DNA from: Naegleria gruberi
Taxonomy: Eukaryota
Reading direction: 5' to 3' (one strand)
NCBI GenBank assembly: GCA_000004985.1
Contig: GG738915.1
Length of the DNA: 64,000 nt
Shown: positions 1-10,098 of the stretch, piece by piece
How positions within the stretch are numbered: position 1 is the stretch's first letter
Layout: the number at the start of each line of letters is the position of its first letter
Made by a program: the position numbers and the translations under genes
Notes under the pieces: model-generated
Database searches by the model: none
What the model was told of the DNA's origin: nothing
What the model saw: the letters and a program-made list of their open reading frames with translations, nothing else

Positions 1-1277
1 AACCAATAGCAATGCTTTCCACCAACAGCATGATTATCAATGAATGAATTGTTTGGATTGGTAATCCAGAAAACAGCAACTTCACTATCAGATGGAATCA
101 AACGATACGTCAAATCATAAACAGGTTTTGGACGAATTCCCAAATTATGCTTGAACACATTACCTAGTTCAGAACCATCCTCCAAAAAGTATTCATGACC
201 AATAGCATTGAAACAGACATTATCTTCAAGAAGGAAATAATTAGTATCATGAACCACATAACATCTCTGGAATGAATCATGAACAGAACATCCCCTAATA
301 TAGTATTGAGTGCCAAATGTTGAGTTTTGTGCAGTATTTTCCAGGAGGTGAAGATGGAATGAATATCTTCCCATCAAGCCATATTGACCAAACTTTCTAA
401 TTTCAATTCCTTCAACTTGAAATTGAGTAACCAAACGAACCATGAAATGACCACCGAATTGTGAAACATCAGATGAGTTGTCACCTTGGAAGATAATTCT
501 TCTGGAGAGTAAACCAACTTCAGGTCTAATTTCAGCACCATTGCTGTAGTGAGTATAATTGAGTGGAGAATCTAATACAATGGTTTTACCACCGTCTAAA
601 ACTTGAGTAATGACACGTTCTTCGTTTTGATCAGGGAAGTAATTACCAATTTTCCAATTGACCAATGATGAGCTAACTAATCTATAATCATAAACTTCAC
701 CATAATCTGATGAGGCAATAACAATAGAGTCGCCAACTCTCCATGATACGCTTTCCCTCAACTTGATTTGATTAGAACCTTTCTTTGCAGTTACAGCAAG
801 ATCAGTAAAAGTTGGTGAGTCAACTTGACCAAAGATTTGAACCTTGGATCCAGATAAGAAACCAATACCCTTTGAACCCATGTTAACGTTATCAAAAGGA
901 TCGATACCAATTTCACTTTCTGTAGTGCGAGAACCATAGAATGTCAAAATAATCTTGTTAGTAATTGGACATGTGGCACTTCCCATGATCCAGCTAGCAC
1001 CACTTTCAACTCGAATGTAATCTACATGCAAAGTTAAATTGGCATTATCGAAAATGAGAGAACCACCAGATAGTACAGTAATACTGCGAAGTTTGTAAGG
1101 AGGAGATTTATCAACCTTGACAGCTTTGTTAATAGTAATTTGACTGTTGGCAACTGAAAAACCAGACAAAGAACTGAACAAAGTAAGACCGCTTTCAGCA
1201 TGTGGACAATTGGTTTGACAACATGCTAAACATGCAAGTGCAAGAATAGTAACAACTAGTGTCAGTAATCTTGACAT
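1..1277 (-). CDS. Secreted G8-domain protein with a right-handed beta-helix (CEMIP/TMEM2/PKHD1-like). Partial: the 3' end runs off the window start.
   Basis: The minus-strand ATG at 1277 gives 'MSRLLTLVVTILALACLACCQTNCPH...', which reads as a signal peptide. Downstream are the G8 hallmark stretches (..SGGSLIFDN..LTLHVDYIRVESGASWIMGSATCPI..KIILTFYG) and then beta-helix-like segments (RYSFHLHL, GHEYFLEDGSELGNVFKHNLG). The frame is open all the way to position 1. The supplied ORF track does not list this gene because it is incomplete. Confidence 0.55.
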   Translation of the reverse strand, partial: MSRLLTLVVTILALACLACCQTNCPHAESGLTLFSSLSGFSVANSQITINKAVKVDKSPPYKLRSITVLSGGSLIFDNANLTLHVDYIRVESGASWIMGSATCPITNKIILTFYGSRTTESEIGIDPFDNVNMGSKGIGFLSGSKVQIFGQVDSPTFTDLAVTAKKGSNQIKLRESVSWRVGDSIVIASSDYGEVYDYRLVSSSLVNWKIGNYFPDQNEERVITQVLDGGKTIVLDSPLNYTHYSNGAEIRPEVGLLSRRIIFQGDNSSDVSQFGGHFMVRLVTQFQVEGIEIRKFGQYGLMGRYSFHLHLLENTAQNSTFGTQYYIRGCSVHDSFQRCYVVHDTNYFLLEDNVCFNAIGHEYFLEDGSELGNVFKHNLGIRPKPVYDLTYRLIPSDSEVAVFWITNPNNSFIDNHAVGGKHCYW

Positions 1278-2121
1278 TTTTTTTTTGATGTGTTAAAAAA
1301 CAATGCATCGATAGCTCCTTAAAAACAAACTCTTAGAGTAACGCAATATTGATTGATGATACAAGGTCTTATGAGAAGTTACCTGTCAAATGCTACTTTT
1401 TCATTAAATGGTCGTTAAGGAATTAAAGAAAGAGATGAATTTCTTAATATTGTACTTGGTCATCCATTAATGATAACTCTGTATTCCAATAAATCGTTGT
1501 ATTGAAGAGATTGTAACAATGAGTGTTGTTTCGTTTTTTTGTGGTGATTGATTGGCTATTAACATGTCCCTAATTTGGTGTTACTCCTTGAAATTGTAAC
1601 ACATTCGAAAAAATGAAGAATACTTGTTAGTTTCATTGGTAACACACAATGTACAGCGGTATGTTGACGTGTTGATTGAAAGACTGTACAGAAACAAACT
1701 ATCCCTTCTTGTTTCTCAAGGGAAAATAAAGTGGCTGATGAACTGAATTGAGTGTTGTATAAGTTTTCAATTCCAAATTGAAACAGTTCTTCTGGAATGA
1801 GAGAATAAAAACCGTAAATAAGAGGATATTTGGTAAATGATTTTATGGTCCAACAAATGAAGATACTGAGATTTTGAAAAAAACATCTGCATGCTGTTTC
1901 TTCTAAGGAGTTTAATTATTTTCATCAGTACTACAAATAATGGTACACAGAAGGACTTTGAGAATGGTTAATTGGATTTAAACGTGCTTTAGTTTTAATG
2001 TTAAATGTAATGAAACTTAAAAAAGAAGTTTATGAACAATCAAAAACTTAAATTAAGATATTAAAGTGATTTCTAATAATAAATAATATCAAGAATAAAT
2101 TCTGATAAAAATCTTAAAAAA

Positions 2122-2568
2122 ATGCTAAGACTAAAGCCCGTTATTCGAAACTACACTGTTATCGGAAATTCAAGAGGATTTCACACTGCAATAACCCTCA
2201 ACACTGAAATTGTTATCAAAATGCCAAATATCTCTTTTGGTTTTGGTGGAAGCTGTGTTGAAAAGATAGACATTGATTATTGTGTGAAAGAGGGCCAACA
2301 TTGTAAAGCAAACGAAGAACTGTTTTATTTTACAGGATATCCATCTAATATTCATGGTGGTGTTAGAGCCTTACAATCAGGAGTTGTGAAAAAGCTGTTG
2401 GCAGATCCAAACATTCAAGCTCAAGAAGGAGCACGTCAGGAAATGTTGATTTTTGACACTGACGAAACTCCAGTAGAGGAATACTTGCCAGAGAAAAAAG
2501 AACCAATTGAAAAGAAAAAGAAGGTTAAAGAAATTGGAGATGGATTTTATAATATTTCTATTTTTTAA
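2122..2568 (+). CDS. Hypothetical 148-aa protein. The N-terminus looks like a mitochondrial presequence and the tail is Lys/Glu-rich.
   Basis: The ORF is complete, with an A-rich context at its ATG. It begins 'MLRLKPVIRNY...' and ends with a KKKKVKE tail. I recognise no domain. Confidence 0.3.
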   Translation: MLRLKPVIRNYTVIGNSRGFHTAITLNTEIVIKMPNISFGFGGSCVEKIDIDYCVKEGQHCKANEELFYFTGYPSNIHGGVRALQSGVVKKLLADPNIQAQEGARQEMLIFDTDETPVEEYLPEKKEPIEKKKKVKEIGDGFYNISIF

Positions 2569-2645
2569 AGAATAATTATTTCAACAATCTTTTTAATTTT
2601 TATTGTAAATTGGAATTAAACAAAACCACCATATATATAGACAGT

Positions 2646-4607
2646 TCAATTACCAAAATCCAATGGATAGTAACCAACATGATATAGTGGTTCTCTTAGT
2701 GTTGTGTCCTCTAATTTAAATTTCAAATGTTTCTCTGTGCAGTTCAGTAAATGTTCTTCCACTTCTTTGGTTGGATATTCTTCCTTACAACAAGGACAAA
2801 CAGAAAGAGTTCTCAACTGATTGGTATTTTTCTTGCACAGATCAGGTAGATTGTGACAAGTTGCCAAATGTCCAGTTATTAACCGTCTTGGAAAAACCTT
2901 TAAACATCCAGGGCAAGAAATCTCTGCTTCTTGCAGAGCTTGTTTAAATTCCTTTCTCTGTTCTATAATAATGTCGATATCTTGGTCGTAATCAATTTGA
3001 GCCAATGCAGAATTATCATTTGAAATTCTTGGTTTAGTACGAAAAACAAGTTTTGGAATTCTCTCCAGTTGAAGAATTGTTTCATTGTATAGATTAGGTA
3101 ATTTCTTCAATGAGACCCAGCACATTCTCAATGGTTCATCAAGTGTTGTCTTGAGCAAGCTTTCATTTTCAAGAAATTCCATGTATGGGAATGTGAATAA
3201 CAATTTTGAAAGGTTTTTGTAATTTCTTGAAAGAGCAGAAATCAACTCGAAATATTTCACCTCATCATCAGAACCTTGATGTTCATAAAAAGATATTCTA
3301 AAGGTTTCCAGATGAATCATTCCTGAAATGGATTCTCTTACAAGATGACAATCCTTCGACTTGACATCTTCCAATACCAAATGTTTCACATTAACAAATC
3401 CAGAAACGAAAGAACCCAATCTAATTTTCGAAAAAGTATCTCCAATAATCCTTATATACAATTCCTCAATCATTCCTCCAACGCCTCCATAATCAAATGG
3501 AATATTTTGCATTAAGTTTGATTTGAAAAATTCCAATCCCAATGTTAATCTTCTCAATTGTGGATTATTGGCAAGATTTTTACAAAGCTTTTCGAGCGCA
3601 TTTCGAATATCCTGTTCCGTAAGATGTCTTTCAAGGAATTCAGTTGTTATATTATAATCTACCACCCTACTCTTCTCATTGAACACTTCTTTAGCTAATA
3701 ACCCAAAATCTCTTCTATTACTTTTACAAACCAGTAAATTATTACGTGATTCATTATATTCAAACTCTTGCTTGTCATAAAAGTAGAAATTCTCTGAAAA
3801 GTACAAATATTCGAAATGTCCAGAACCGTACCGAGGCAATCTAGTATTGTCAATGACTGCAATTTTTGATTTCATCAAAATATCTCTCAATAAATCCCCA
3901 CTAGAATCCCCAATTACATTTGAAAGTGAAACAAGCTCAGTATCTTTACAAATTTTAACCAACTCTCCCATGGTTTCAACATCCATACTTTCCCATAACT
4001 GTTCTCCATATGGAGATGTTCCATTATTAAACAAGTTAAGTGTAAATCTTCGAAGAGCTGGCTCAGTTAAACTATTTGGAATGTAACCACCTTTCAAACT
4101 CTGCAGTCTTGTGAAAAATTCAATTGATTCTCTCTGTGCTCTATTTGGAATGAAAACTTTCTCATTCCTTGCCAGTGGATTCAAGTTTCCGAATAGACGA
4201 AACTGTTTTCTGCAAATAATATCTTCAATTTGACCATTGATGAATAAATATTTGATTGTCATTCGATTCGATTGGACAAACTTGATCGTGTATCGAACAA
4301 ATGGCAATAGATTTGTTTGAACATTAGTTTCTGTCATGACATTTGGTTGTTCTTCTTCAGATAGGAGCTGGACATTCGGATAGAAATGTAGAGTTTCTAA
4401 TTTTTCAATGACTAATCTTCGCCATGATGAACAAACATGTGGAATAACTTTGATCAACAGGTGAAAATCAAGGTATGGAAATAATCGATAGAAAGCAACT
4501 TCTTCTGGTACCTGTTGATGAAAATACATTTTTTTTAATTGTGTCATATGAACCTTTCGAATATTGTAATAAACGAATCTAAGAAATAATTCAATGGCAT
4601 TGAACAT
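2646..4607 (-). CDS. F-box protein with two C-terminal C2HC (TRAF/FBXO30-like) zinc fingers.
   Basis: The N-terminus carries an F-box-like helix (LPEEVAFYRLFPYLDFHLLIKVIPHVCSSWRRLV). The C-terminus has two C2HC patterns, 'CPGCLKVF...HLATCH' and 'CPCCKEEYP..EHLLNC'. It is a 653-aa intronless ORF. Confidence 0.45.
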   Translation of the reverse strand: MFNAIELFLRFVYYNIRKVHMTQLKKMYFHQQVPEEVAFYRLFPYLDFHLLIKVIPHVCSSWRRLVIEKLETLHFYPNVQLLSEEEQPNVMTETNVQTNLLPFVRYTIKFVQSNRMTIKYLFINGQIEDIICRKQFRLFGNLNPLARNEKVFIPNRAQRESIEFFTRLQSLKGGYIPNSLTEPALRRFTLNLFNNGTSPYGEQLWESMDVETMGELVKICKDTELVSLSNVIGDSSGDLLRDILMKSKIAVIDNTRLPRYGSGHFEYLYFSENFYFYDKQEFEYNESRNNLLVCKSNRRDFGLLAKEVFNEKSRVVDYNITTEFLERHLTEQDIRNALEKLCKNLANNPQLRRLTLGLEFFKSNLMQNIPFDYGGVGGMIEELYIRIIGDTFSKIRLGSFVSGFVNVKHLVLEDVKSKDCHLVRESISGMIHLETFRISFYEHQGSDDEVKYFELISALSRNYKNLSKLLFTFPYMEFLENESLLKTTLDEPLRMCWVSLKKLPNLYNETILQLERIPKLVFRTKPRISNDNSALAQIDYDQDIDIIIEQRKEFKQALQEAEISCPGCLKVFPRRLITGHLATCHNLPDLCKKNTNQLRTLSVCPCCKEEYPTKEVEEHLLNCTEKHLKFKLEDTTLREPLYHVGYYPLDFGN

Positions 4608-4714
4608 CTAAAGTTTATTTCCAATATTTCTCGATCAAAAATTCCAATCCTTTACACAATTTGTATATTCATGTAAAAAGTCTTACTAAATTGACCAAAA
4701 TAATGTAATATAAT

Positions 4715-4936
4715 TTATCTTTTTCTTCCATCATATCTCCAATCATAAAAATCCAGACATTCAATCTCATTAACCGAATCCATATCAATAAAACCAAACT
4801 TCTTCTGACCCTTATTCTTCTTGAGAGATTTACAAGGATTACCAGTATGGCACATATGACAATGAACAACGCGACATTTACCTCTCTGTCTGGTCTTATT
4901 AGTGTGTTTTCCACTCAATTTACCTTCCCTCTTCAT
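4715..4936 (-). CDS. Small basic Cys/His-rich protein, possibly a zinc ribbon. The call is weak.
   Basis: It is a 73-aa ORF with an ATG start, 'GKHTNKTRQRGKCRVVHCHMCHTGNPCKS'. It sits in a tight gap between two larger genes and has no firm homology. Confidence 0.2.
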   Translation of the reverse strand: MKREGKLSGKHTNKTRQRGKCRVVHCHMCHTGNPCKSLKKNKGQKKFGFIDMDSVNEIECLDFYDWRYDGRKR

Positions 4937-5140
4937 GGTGAAATGTTTTGAAAGTGTTCTGATTGAAACGTGTGTTTTGTAGGTGTGTTGTTTTTTCTAA
5001 AGTGATATTTTTAAAAATAGATTTATTGGCGGAAATTAAAAGAAATTAAGATGTTGAAGTGTAAAGTTCGGAGAAAGGAAAACAACGATTTTCATTAGAT
5101 GTTACAATAAATAAATAAATATTTTACAATGGAACTTCGT

Positions 5141-8100
5141 TTAATGCATAGCTTGGCTGTGGATCATGTTGGACACGGAATGGACATTGAAAAGGTTGTA
5201 AATCAGCTCAATGTTTGCTGTTCGAATGGTGTTGAAAGATTCCAAATCTTTGAGCCATTTCTGTAGAGTTTCAATAATGGTATGCTCATCGTCTGGTTTA
5301 TACAATCCAACAGATATGCCAATCTTGAACTTGTTGATAAAGTTTTCCAGTGTTGTGTCTGGTTGATGATGCAGGGCAATGATTGCATTCTGTGTGGCCA
5401 TTGATTGAAATACAATTGGTGGAATGGAAACTTGTGAAGTGCTTTGGACACCACACGAGTCACTAAATAGATTCACATGAGAATAGGGAGAGAAGAGTCG
5501 AAGGTACTTTTTGAGAGTTCTACTACTTGCCTTCTTTCCTGGCTTGACAAAGAGGATTCTATCAGGATGTTTGGAAGTGAGCTCTTCAATCATTGAGAAT
5601 AGTTTGATGGTGTTATGAGTTTTAGATTCCTTTTCATTTCTGTCCTCAGGGAAAATGTCAAGATTGTAAGATAATTTCTTATCGGTGAGAAGAAGGAATT
5701 TCACTCTTTCAAGATGTTCGCTCTCCAAAATATATTTGATGATTTTAAAGACATCAGAATCACATCTACTCTTGTCCTCATCTGAAATCCAATAACTGAT
5801 TATCAAATCCTTTGAATTCTCGTCGAAATTCAGAATATCTTTCGAACCAATAAGAGTAAAGTCTTCTTCGTTAACATTCACCAAATAGTCGAGCTTCTTA
5901 TCAGATGGCTTGACACGGAACTCTGCCAAATTGACCAATGAAGGATACAGAACACTAGTCTTCTCAGATTTGATTTCAATAAGACTTGATAACTGAGTCA
6001 AGTCTGGAGAAGAGAGGAAGGTCTTGTAAACGAGATCATTATGTTTTACACTCTCAGTTATGTACTTGTTGGTGTTTGATGTGTAAATATAATCCAAAAC
6101 TCTAGTAAACTCCATCAATTGAGGAGGTAATAAAGATAATGACTTGTAACCAAGAATGCTTTCCATTATGAAAATATTATGAATATGTCTTGTAGAAATG
6201 ACATATTGAATTAGTAGGGAGAGTACATGTTCATCTGGAGGCAAAGTTTTGTCAACAAAATGATTCAGATGGAAAATATCTGTCGAATATCTTTCCAATT
6301 CTGCACGATAGGCATGATTTGATTCTTCTGTGTCAGTAGTTATTACAACCACGTGCCAGTCGTACTCAAATATAAATGATTCCATGAGTTTAACTATGAA
6401 TTCTCTTCTTCTTGGGTCATTTAAATTTTCTGAGACCAGAATGATTGATCTATCTTTACCCTTGTGGAATTTGTGACGATCATGAGCCAGTCTCCTCAGA
6501 ATTGTCTTTGAGTTTGGAATTTTAACTTTGGTAGTGAGGTATCCTCTGCTTTGCAGCTCTTTTGCTGCCTTCTCCTCAAACATGGTCTTGTATCTCTTTT
6601 TCAGATGTGTGCTGATAAATTTCTTTTCCTCTGACTTTTCAGTGGTTACTCTATCAGAATCCTTTTCCTTCCCTTGAATATTGTGCCAAAGCAAAACTTC
6701 TGGAATGGTCCATGAACGATAGCCTTTTTGGATATATTTCACCCAAAAATCCCAAATAACTAATGAGTATTCCATAGGATTAGAATTAAATCCTCCTAAT
6801 TTTTCAAAAACTTGTTTCTCAATCATAAAGGTGGAATGGAACAAGTTCTTTTGTGTTAACATTTGGGCAGACTCCTGTACTCGATACAGATTGAAGAATT
6901 TCATCTTATCAAATTCTAGTGTCATTGTATTCACCATAGTAATAGGTGTGGATGTGGAGAGTGTTTGGAATTCCAAGAAGAGAAATAATTTCTCAAGCAA
7001 AGAAGGTTCAATCATGCCCCCTGACTCTACAAATGTTAAATACCTCGATTCTTTTGCTAAATATTTACATGCTACAATTTTGAGCATTCCTTGTGATTGC
7101 TTCTCATTTGAAAAGATGAGAGAAATCTTGTTTGTTTTGTACATTTTTCCAATATCTATTGGTGTTTCTTTTTCCACTGTTGGATTGATAGAGAGCCACC
7201 TTAATATCTTATCATGAGGCTCGCCTTGGTTTACAATGATAATCCACTCAAAATATCTAAATGTTTGTCTCAATATTGAGTCTCGTGTGTTCTTGAAGGA
7301 ATCTTCATTTGAAAAAGTAGTAATTACAGAAACTAGAGGAGTATCCTTTCCTAAATGATTATTATTGAATTTGTGAACACTAATTTTCTCTTTGGAATAG
7401 ATTCTATAGTTGGATATTGGAGTATTTTGAAATAAAAATTCATCATATGGCATGACTGGCAGTATCGAGTCCATTTGTTCGAAATATGAAGTATGATTTT
7501 TAGAGTTGACATGTTTAGAAATTATTGAATGGTGTTTTGATTTGACAGTCTTTTTTGAATTTCCTTGTTGATGCTTGCCTCTCAAAATATGTCCATGTGA
7601 ATGAACAGTATCTTTTTGTTGAGTAGCAACTTCCTTATGAATAGGTAGACCCTTGTCATCTTTTGAAATTACAGTCTCTGTTCTATATATTGAAATAAAT
7701 CCTGAAATGAGTAGAAACATCAAAATGATTACAAGTAAGAAGGCAGTAAGTGTGCATTCCACTTTTTCAGGTCTTTCTTTCAGCATTTTAGTTTCATCAA
7801 TTGTATTTCTCTTTCCTCTCTTACTCTTTTTTGCTGGTTTTGAATTAAACCTCTTCATGACGCTCCTATTTCTGTTTGTTGAAGAGTATGAGAAGGAAGT
7901 TCCTCTTTCCACATCGTAATCGTCATCATCATCGTCATCACCATCTAAAGTAATAAAACTTCCTCTTCCTCTAGGTAGATAATCATCACCATCCGAATCA
8001 TCAAACTCCTCCTCTCCACTCGAATTTGTATAATTTTGATAATCTTGATCATCCATGATATTAATTCCCAAATCAACTTCTCTCATTTCTTCGTCATCAT

Positions 8101-8230
8101 CGGAATCATCCACTCCATCATCCCTCCTCTTTTTAAATAACTGTTTATGAATATCAACCTTCCTTTGAGTTGTCGAAGAAGCAGAAGAACCTCCACGAAC
8201 AAACGAAGGAGGACCAAAACCTTGAAACAT
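5141..8230 (-). CDS. Type II membrane glycosyltransferase (GT2-like, Golgi-type) with an acidic cytoplasmic N-terminal tail.
   Basis: The N-terminus is a poly-Asp/Glu tail followed by a single TM helix (TLTAFLLVIILMFLLISGFISIY). A GT-A/GT2-like stretch reads 'LVSVITTFSNEDSFKNTRDSILRQTFRYFEWIIIVNQGEP'. A second 'VVVITTDTEESNH' segment suggests a tandem glycosyltransferase domain. It is a 1029-aa intronless ORF. Confidence 0.45.
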   Translation of the reverse strand: MFQGFGPPSFVRGGSSASSTTQRKVDIHKQLFKKRRDDGVDDSDDDEEMREVDLGINIMDDQDYQNYTNSSGEEEFDDSDGDDYLPRGRGSFITLDGDDDDDDDYDVERGTSFSYSSTNRNRSVMKRFNSKPAKKSKRGKRNTIDETKMLKERPEKVECTLTAFLLVIILMFLLISGFISIYRTETVISKDDKGLPIHKEVATQQKDTVHSHGHILRGKHQQGNSKKTVKSKHHSIISKHVNSKNHTSYFEQMDSILPVMPYDEFLFQNTPISNYRIYSKEKISVHKFNNNHLGKDTPLVSVITTFSNEDSFKNTRDSILRQTFRYFEWIIIVNQGEPHDKILRWLSINPTVEKETPIDIGKMYKTNKISLIFSNEKQSQGMLKIVACKYLAKESRYLTFVESGGMIEPSLLEKLFLFLEFQTLSTSTPITMVNTMTLEFDKMKFFNLYRVQESAQMLTQKNLFHSTFMIEKQVFEKLGGFNSNPMEYSLVIWDFWVKYIQKGYRSWTIPEVLLWHNIQGKEKDSDRVTTEKSEEKKFISTHLKKRYKTMFEEKAAKELQSRGYLTTKVKIPNSKTILRRLAHDRHKFHKGKDRSIILVSENLNDPRRREFIVKLMESFIFEYDWHVVVITTDTEESNHAYRAELERYSTDIFHLNHFVDKTLPPDEHVLSLLIQYVISTRHIHNIFIMESILGYKSLSLLPPQLMEFTRVLDYIYTSNTNKYITESVKHNDLVYKTFLSSPDLTQLSSLIEIKSEKTSVLYPSLVNLAEFRVKPSDKKLDYLVNVNEEDFTLIGSKDILNFDENSKDLIISYWISDEDKSRCDSDVFKIIKYILESEHLERVKFLLLTDKKLSYNLDIFPEDRNEKESKTHNTIKLFSMIEELTSKHPDRILFVKPGKKASSRTLKKYLRLFSPYSHVNLFSDSCGVQSTSQVSIPPIVFQSMATQNAIIALHHQPDTTLENFINKFKIGISVGLYKPDDEHTIIETLQKWLKDLESFNTIRTANIELIYNLFNVHSVSNMIHSQAMH

Positions 8231-8321
8231 TTTTTTAATATTATTAGATTTTTATTTTCGAGATATTTGATGAATCATCTAGTTTACAAAAGCAGATCTC
8301 ATTATCCAATGGAACGACCTT

Positions 8322-9257
8322 TTAAAAGATGGATAATGTTGGGAAGAGTAAGATCCAAAAGCTTATCAATCCAAAAACGTAAAAAGTGGCAATAATTGGC
8401 TTACTCATGTTAAAACTTGGTAAACCCATTTGATTGCAGTAGGCATGTAAAAGGATGGCAGCAAGAATGCAACTAGTTTTTGCATAAATGTATCCACAAT
8501 AGAACCCAAATACTGATGTGTAGGTGAATTGCACTATAACATTAATAAGTGCAGAGGTAATTGACATTTGTCCATGTACAACATGTTCAATAATATGATG
8601 GCAATGGCAAACTCCAAATAAGAGGCATGCAATCAGTAATGAGCTCAACAATGAAATTCCTCCATAATAATACAATAAATAATGTAAACAAGTTCTAAAT
8701 ACAATTTCCTCAGTCAATGGACCCATTACAATAGCTCTGAATGAGAAGAGTCCTTGTTCATCCTGAATAACTTTCTGCTCATCTAAAAGGAAAGCAGTGA
8801 ACAATTTCGACATTTCCAACAAGTTTGTACACAATTCCACAAATGATTTGCACACCCACTCAATTTTCCTCTTAATATAATCCATATTCAATTTGGAAAC
8901 TTCATCTACTTCCAATTCCTCAGCAATAGGACCCAAAAACAAGCAAGTATTCAAAAAGATTGCAATAATTATTGCCAAAATTTGGTAATGTATCTGGGCA
9001 AAATTAAATCCCATAGAGGAGAGTAATCCCATTTCCTGATGACTTTCATGATTTCCGAAGAATAAATAAACAAGACAGGAATAAATTATCGAGACCAATG
9101 ATGACAAGAGAACAGAGATACTTCTACGGCGAACTTGTGATGGTTCATTCCTAGATTTTGCTAAACTTCCATCCCACATATACAACGATCCGACATACAA
9201 TGCCGAGAGTACAATGGCGTGAATGACGGCAAGGATTTCTCTACTATTTTCAAGCAT
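8322..9257 (-). CDS. RCE1: CAAX prenyl protease 2 (RCE1; CPBP/Abi family intramembrane protease).
   Basis: The protein is multi-TM and carries the three RCE1/CPBP motifs: EExxxR (GPLTEEIVFR), FxxxH (FGVCHCHH) and HxxxN (HAYCNQMG). I moved the start to the first ATG (MLENS...) because the track start is a TTG. Confidence 0.7.
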   Translation of the reverse strand: MLENSREILAVIHAIVLSALYVGSLYMWDGSLAKSRNEPSQVRRRSISVLLSSLVSIIYSCLVYLFFGNHESHQEMGLLSSMGFNFAQIHYQILAIIIAIFLNTCLFLGPIAEELEVDEVSKLNMDYIKRKIEWVCKSFVELCTNLLEMSKLFTAFLLDEQKVIQDEQGLFSFRAIVMGPLTEEIVFRTCLHYLLYYYGGISLLSSLLIACLLFGVCHCHHIIEHVVHGQMSITSALINVIVQFTYTSVFGFYCGYIYAKTSCILAAILLHAYCNQMGLPSFNMSKPIIATFYVFGLISFWILLFPTLSIF

Positions 9258-9323
9258 TTTTTTCAAGTTGACTTTATTTATTTAATTATTGTTTAATTTA
9301 AATTAATTTATTATTTACAATGT

Positions 9324-9782
9324 TTACGATATTAATTTTACAAGACCTTGTTGAATGAGATATTCTGCATCACCTAATTGAATGAATAAATGTGAACCTT
9401 GAACCAAGTTATAGGTCTTGCCACTTTCTAGCAATCTACTGCCACTTGTTTTGAGAACTTCAACTTCCACACAATCTCCTTTAGGTGGATTGGCATGTTT
9501 ATATAAATCAAAACCAATTTCCTCTCCATAACTATCAATTAATTGTCTGTATTCTGTTGCAAATCGTTGTTCATTGTCACTCAAATCTTTCCAAATTGGT
9601 GTATTTTCAATACTTTCATGATGCATGGTGCTGATAGATTTCACTCTATCAAATCTTGTATGAAGATAGGCCAATAATATTCTCTTATATCTTTCATAAA
9701 TTGTGAAAATTAAAGCAGATGACATTCTCAGTTTTTCCGTATCCTCTTCACTCAGTTCCTCTTCTTGTGTATTTTGTGTCAT
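9324..9782 (-). CDS. GINS1: GINS complex subunit PSF1 (GINS1). The N-terminal part is probably incomplete.
   Basis: It aligns to PSF1 along its length: 'ILLAYLHTRFDRVKSI' matches TVAYLYDRLLRIRAL, 'NPPKGDCVEVEVLKTSG' matches KPPKSLYIEVRCLKDYG, and the C-terminal 'EYLIQQGLVKLIS' matches EQLIRQGVLEHILS. About 40 N-terminal residues expected from PSF1 are absent. Confidence 0.55.
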   Translation of the reverse strand: MTQNTQEEELSEEDTEKLRMSSALIFTIYERYKRILLAYLHTRFDRVKSISTMHHESIENTPIWKDLSDNEQRFATEYRQLIDSYGEEIGFDLYKHANPPKGDCVEVEVLKTSGSRLLESGKTYNLVQGSHLFIQLGDAEYLIQQGLVKLIS

Positions 9783-10098
9783 GATATCAATAATTTGGTC
9801 CGAAAGAATATTGACTTCTCTGATTACAGAAGATACAAGCTCACTCTGTGATTATTTCATTCCGATCATTTCATCATCAAGCATGTTATATTAATTATTA
9901 AATTATTTAAATAATTATTAGTAATTTGTGATTACTATTGTGTGCAATTATTTAGAAAACCTACGTTGAATGGAGGCAGTGTATTGTCTCTGGTTTGGTT
10001 TAGTTCGTGAAGCAGCTGTAACGATTTCTCCATTTTTTTATTTTTGAAAATTTGAAATGAATCTTGGCGGGAAATAATATTTGAGAAGAATTATTGAT

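Noticed and set aside
4669-4936. Assignment of the small basic ORF as ribosomal protein L37e.
   Set aside because: The Cys spacing (C-x4-C-x2-C-x5-C) does not match the L37e C4 zinc ribbon. I kept it only as a low-confidence hypothetical.
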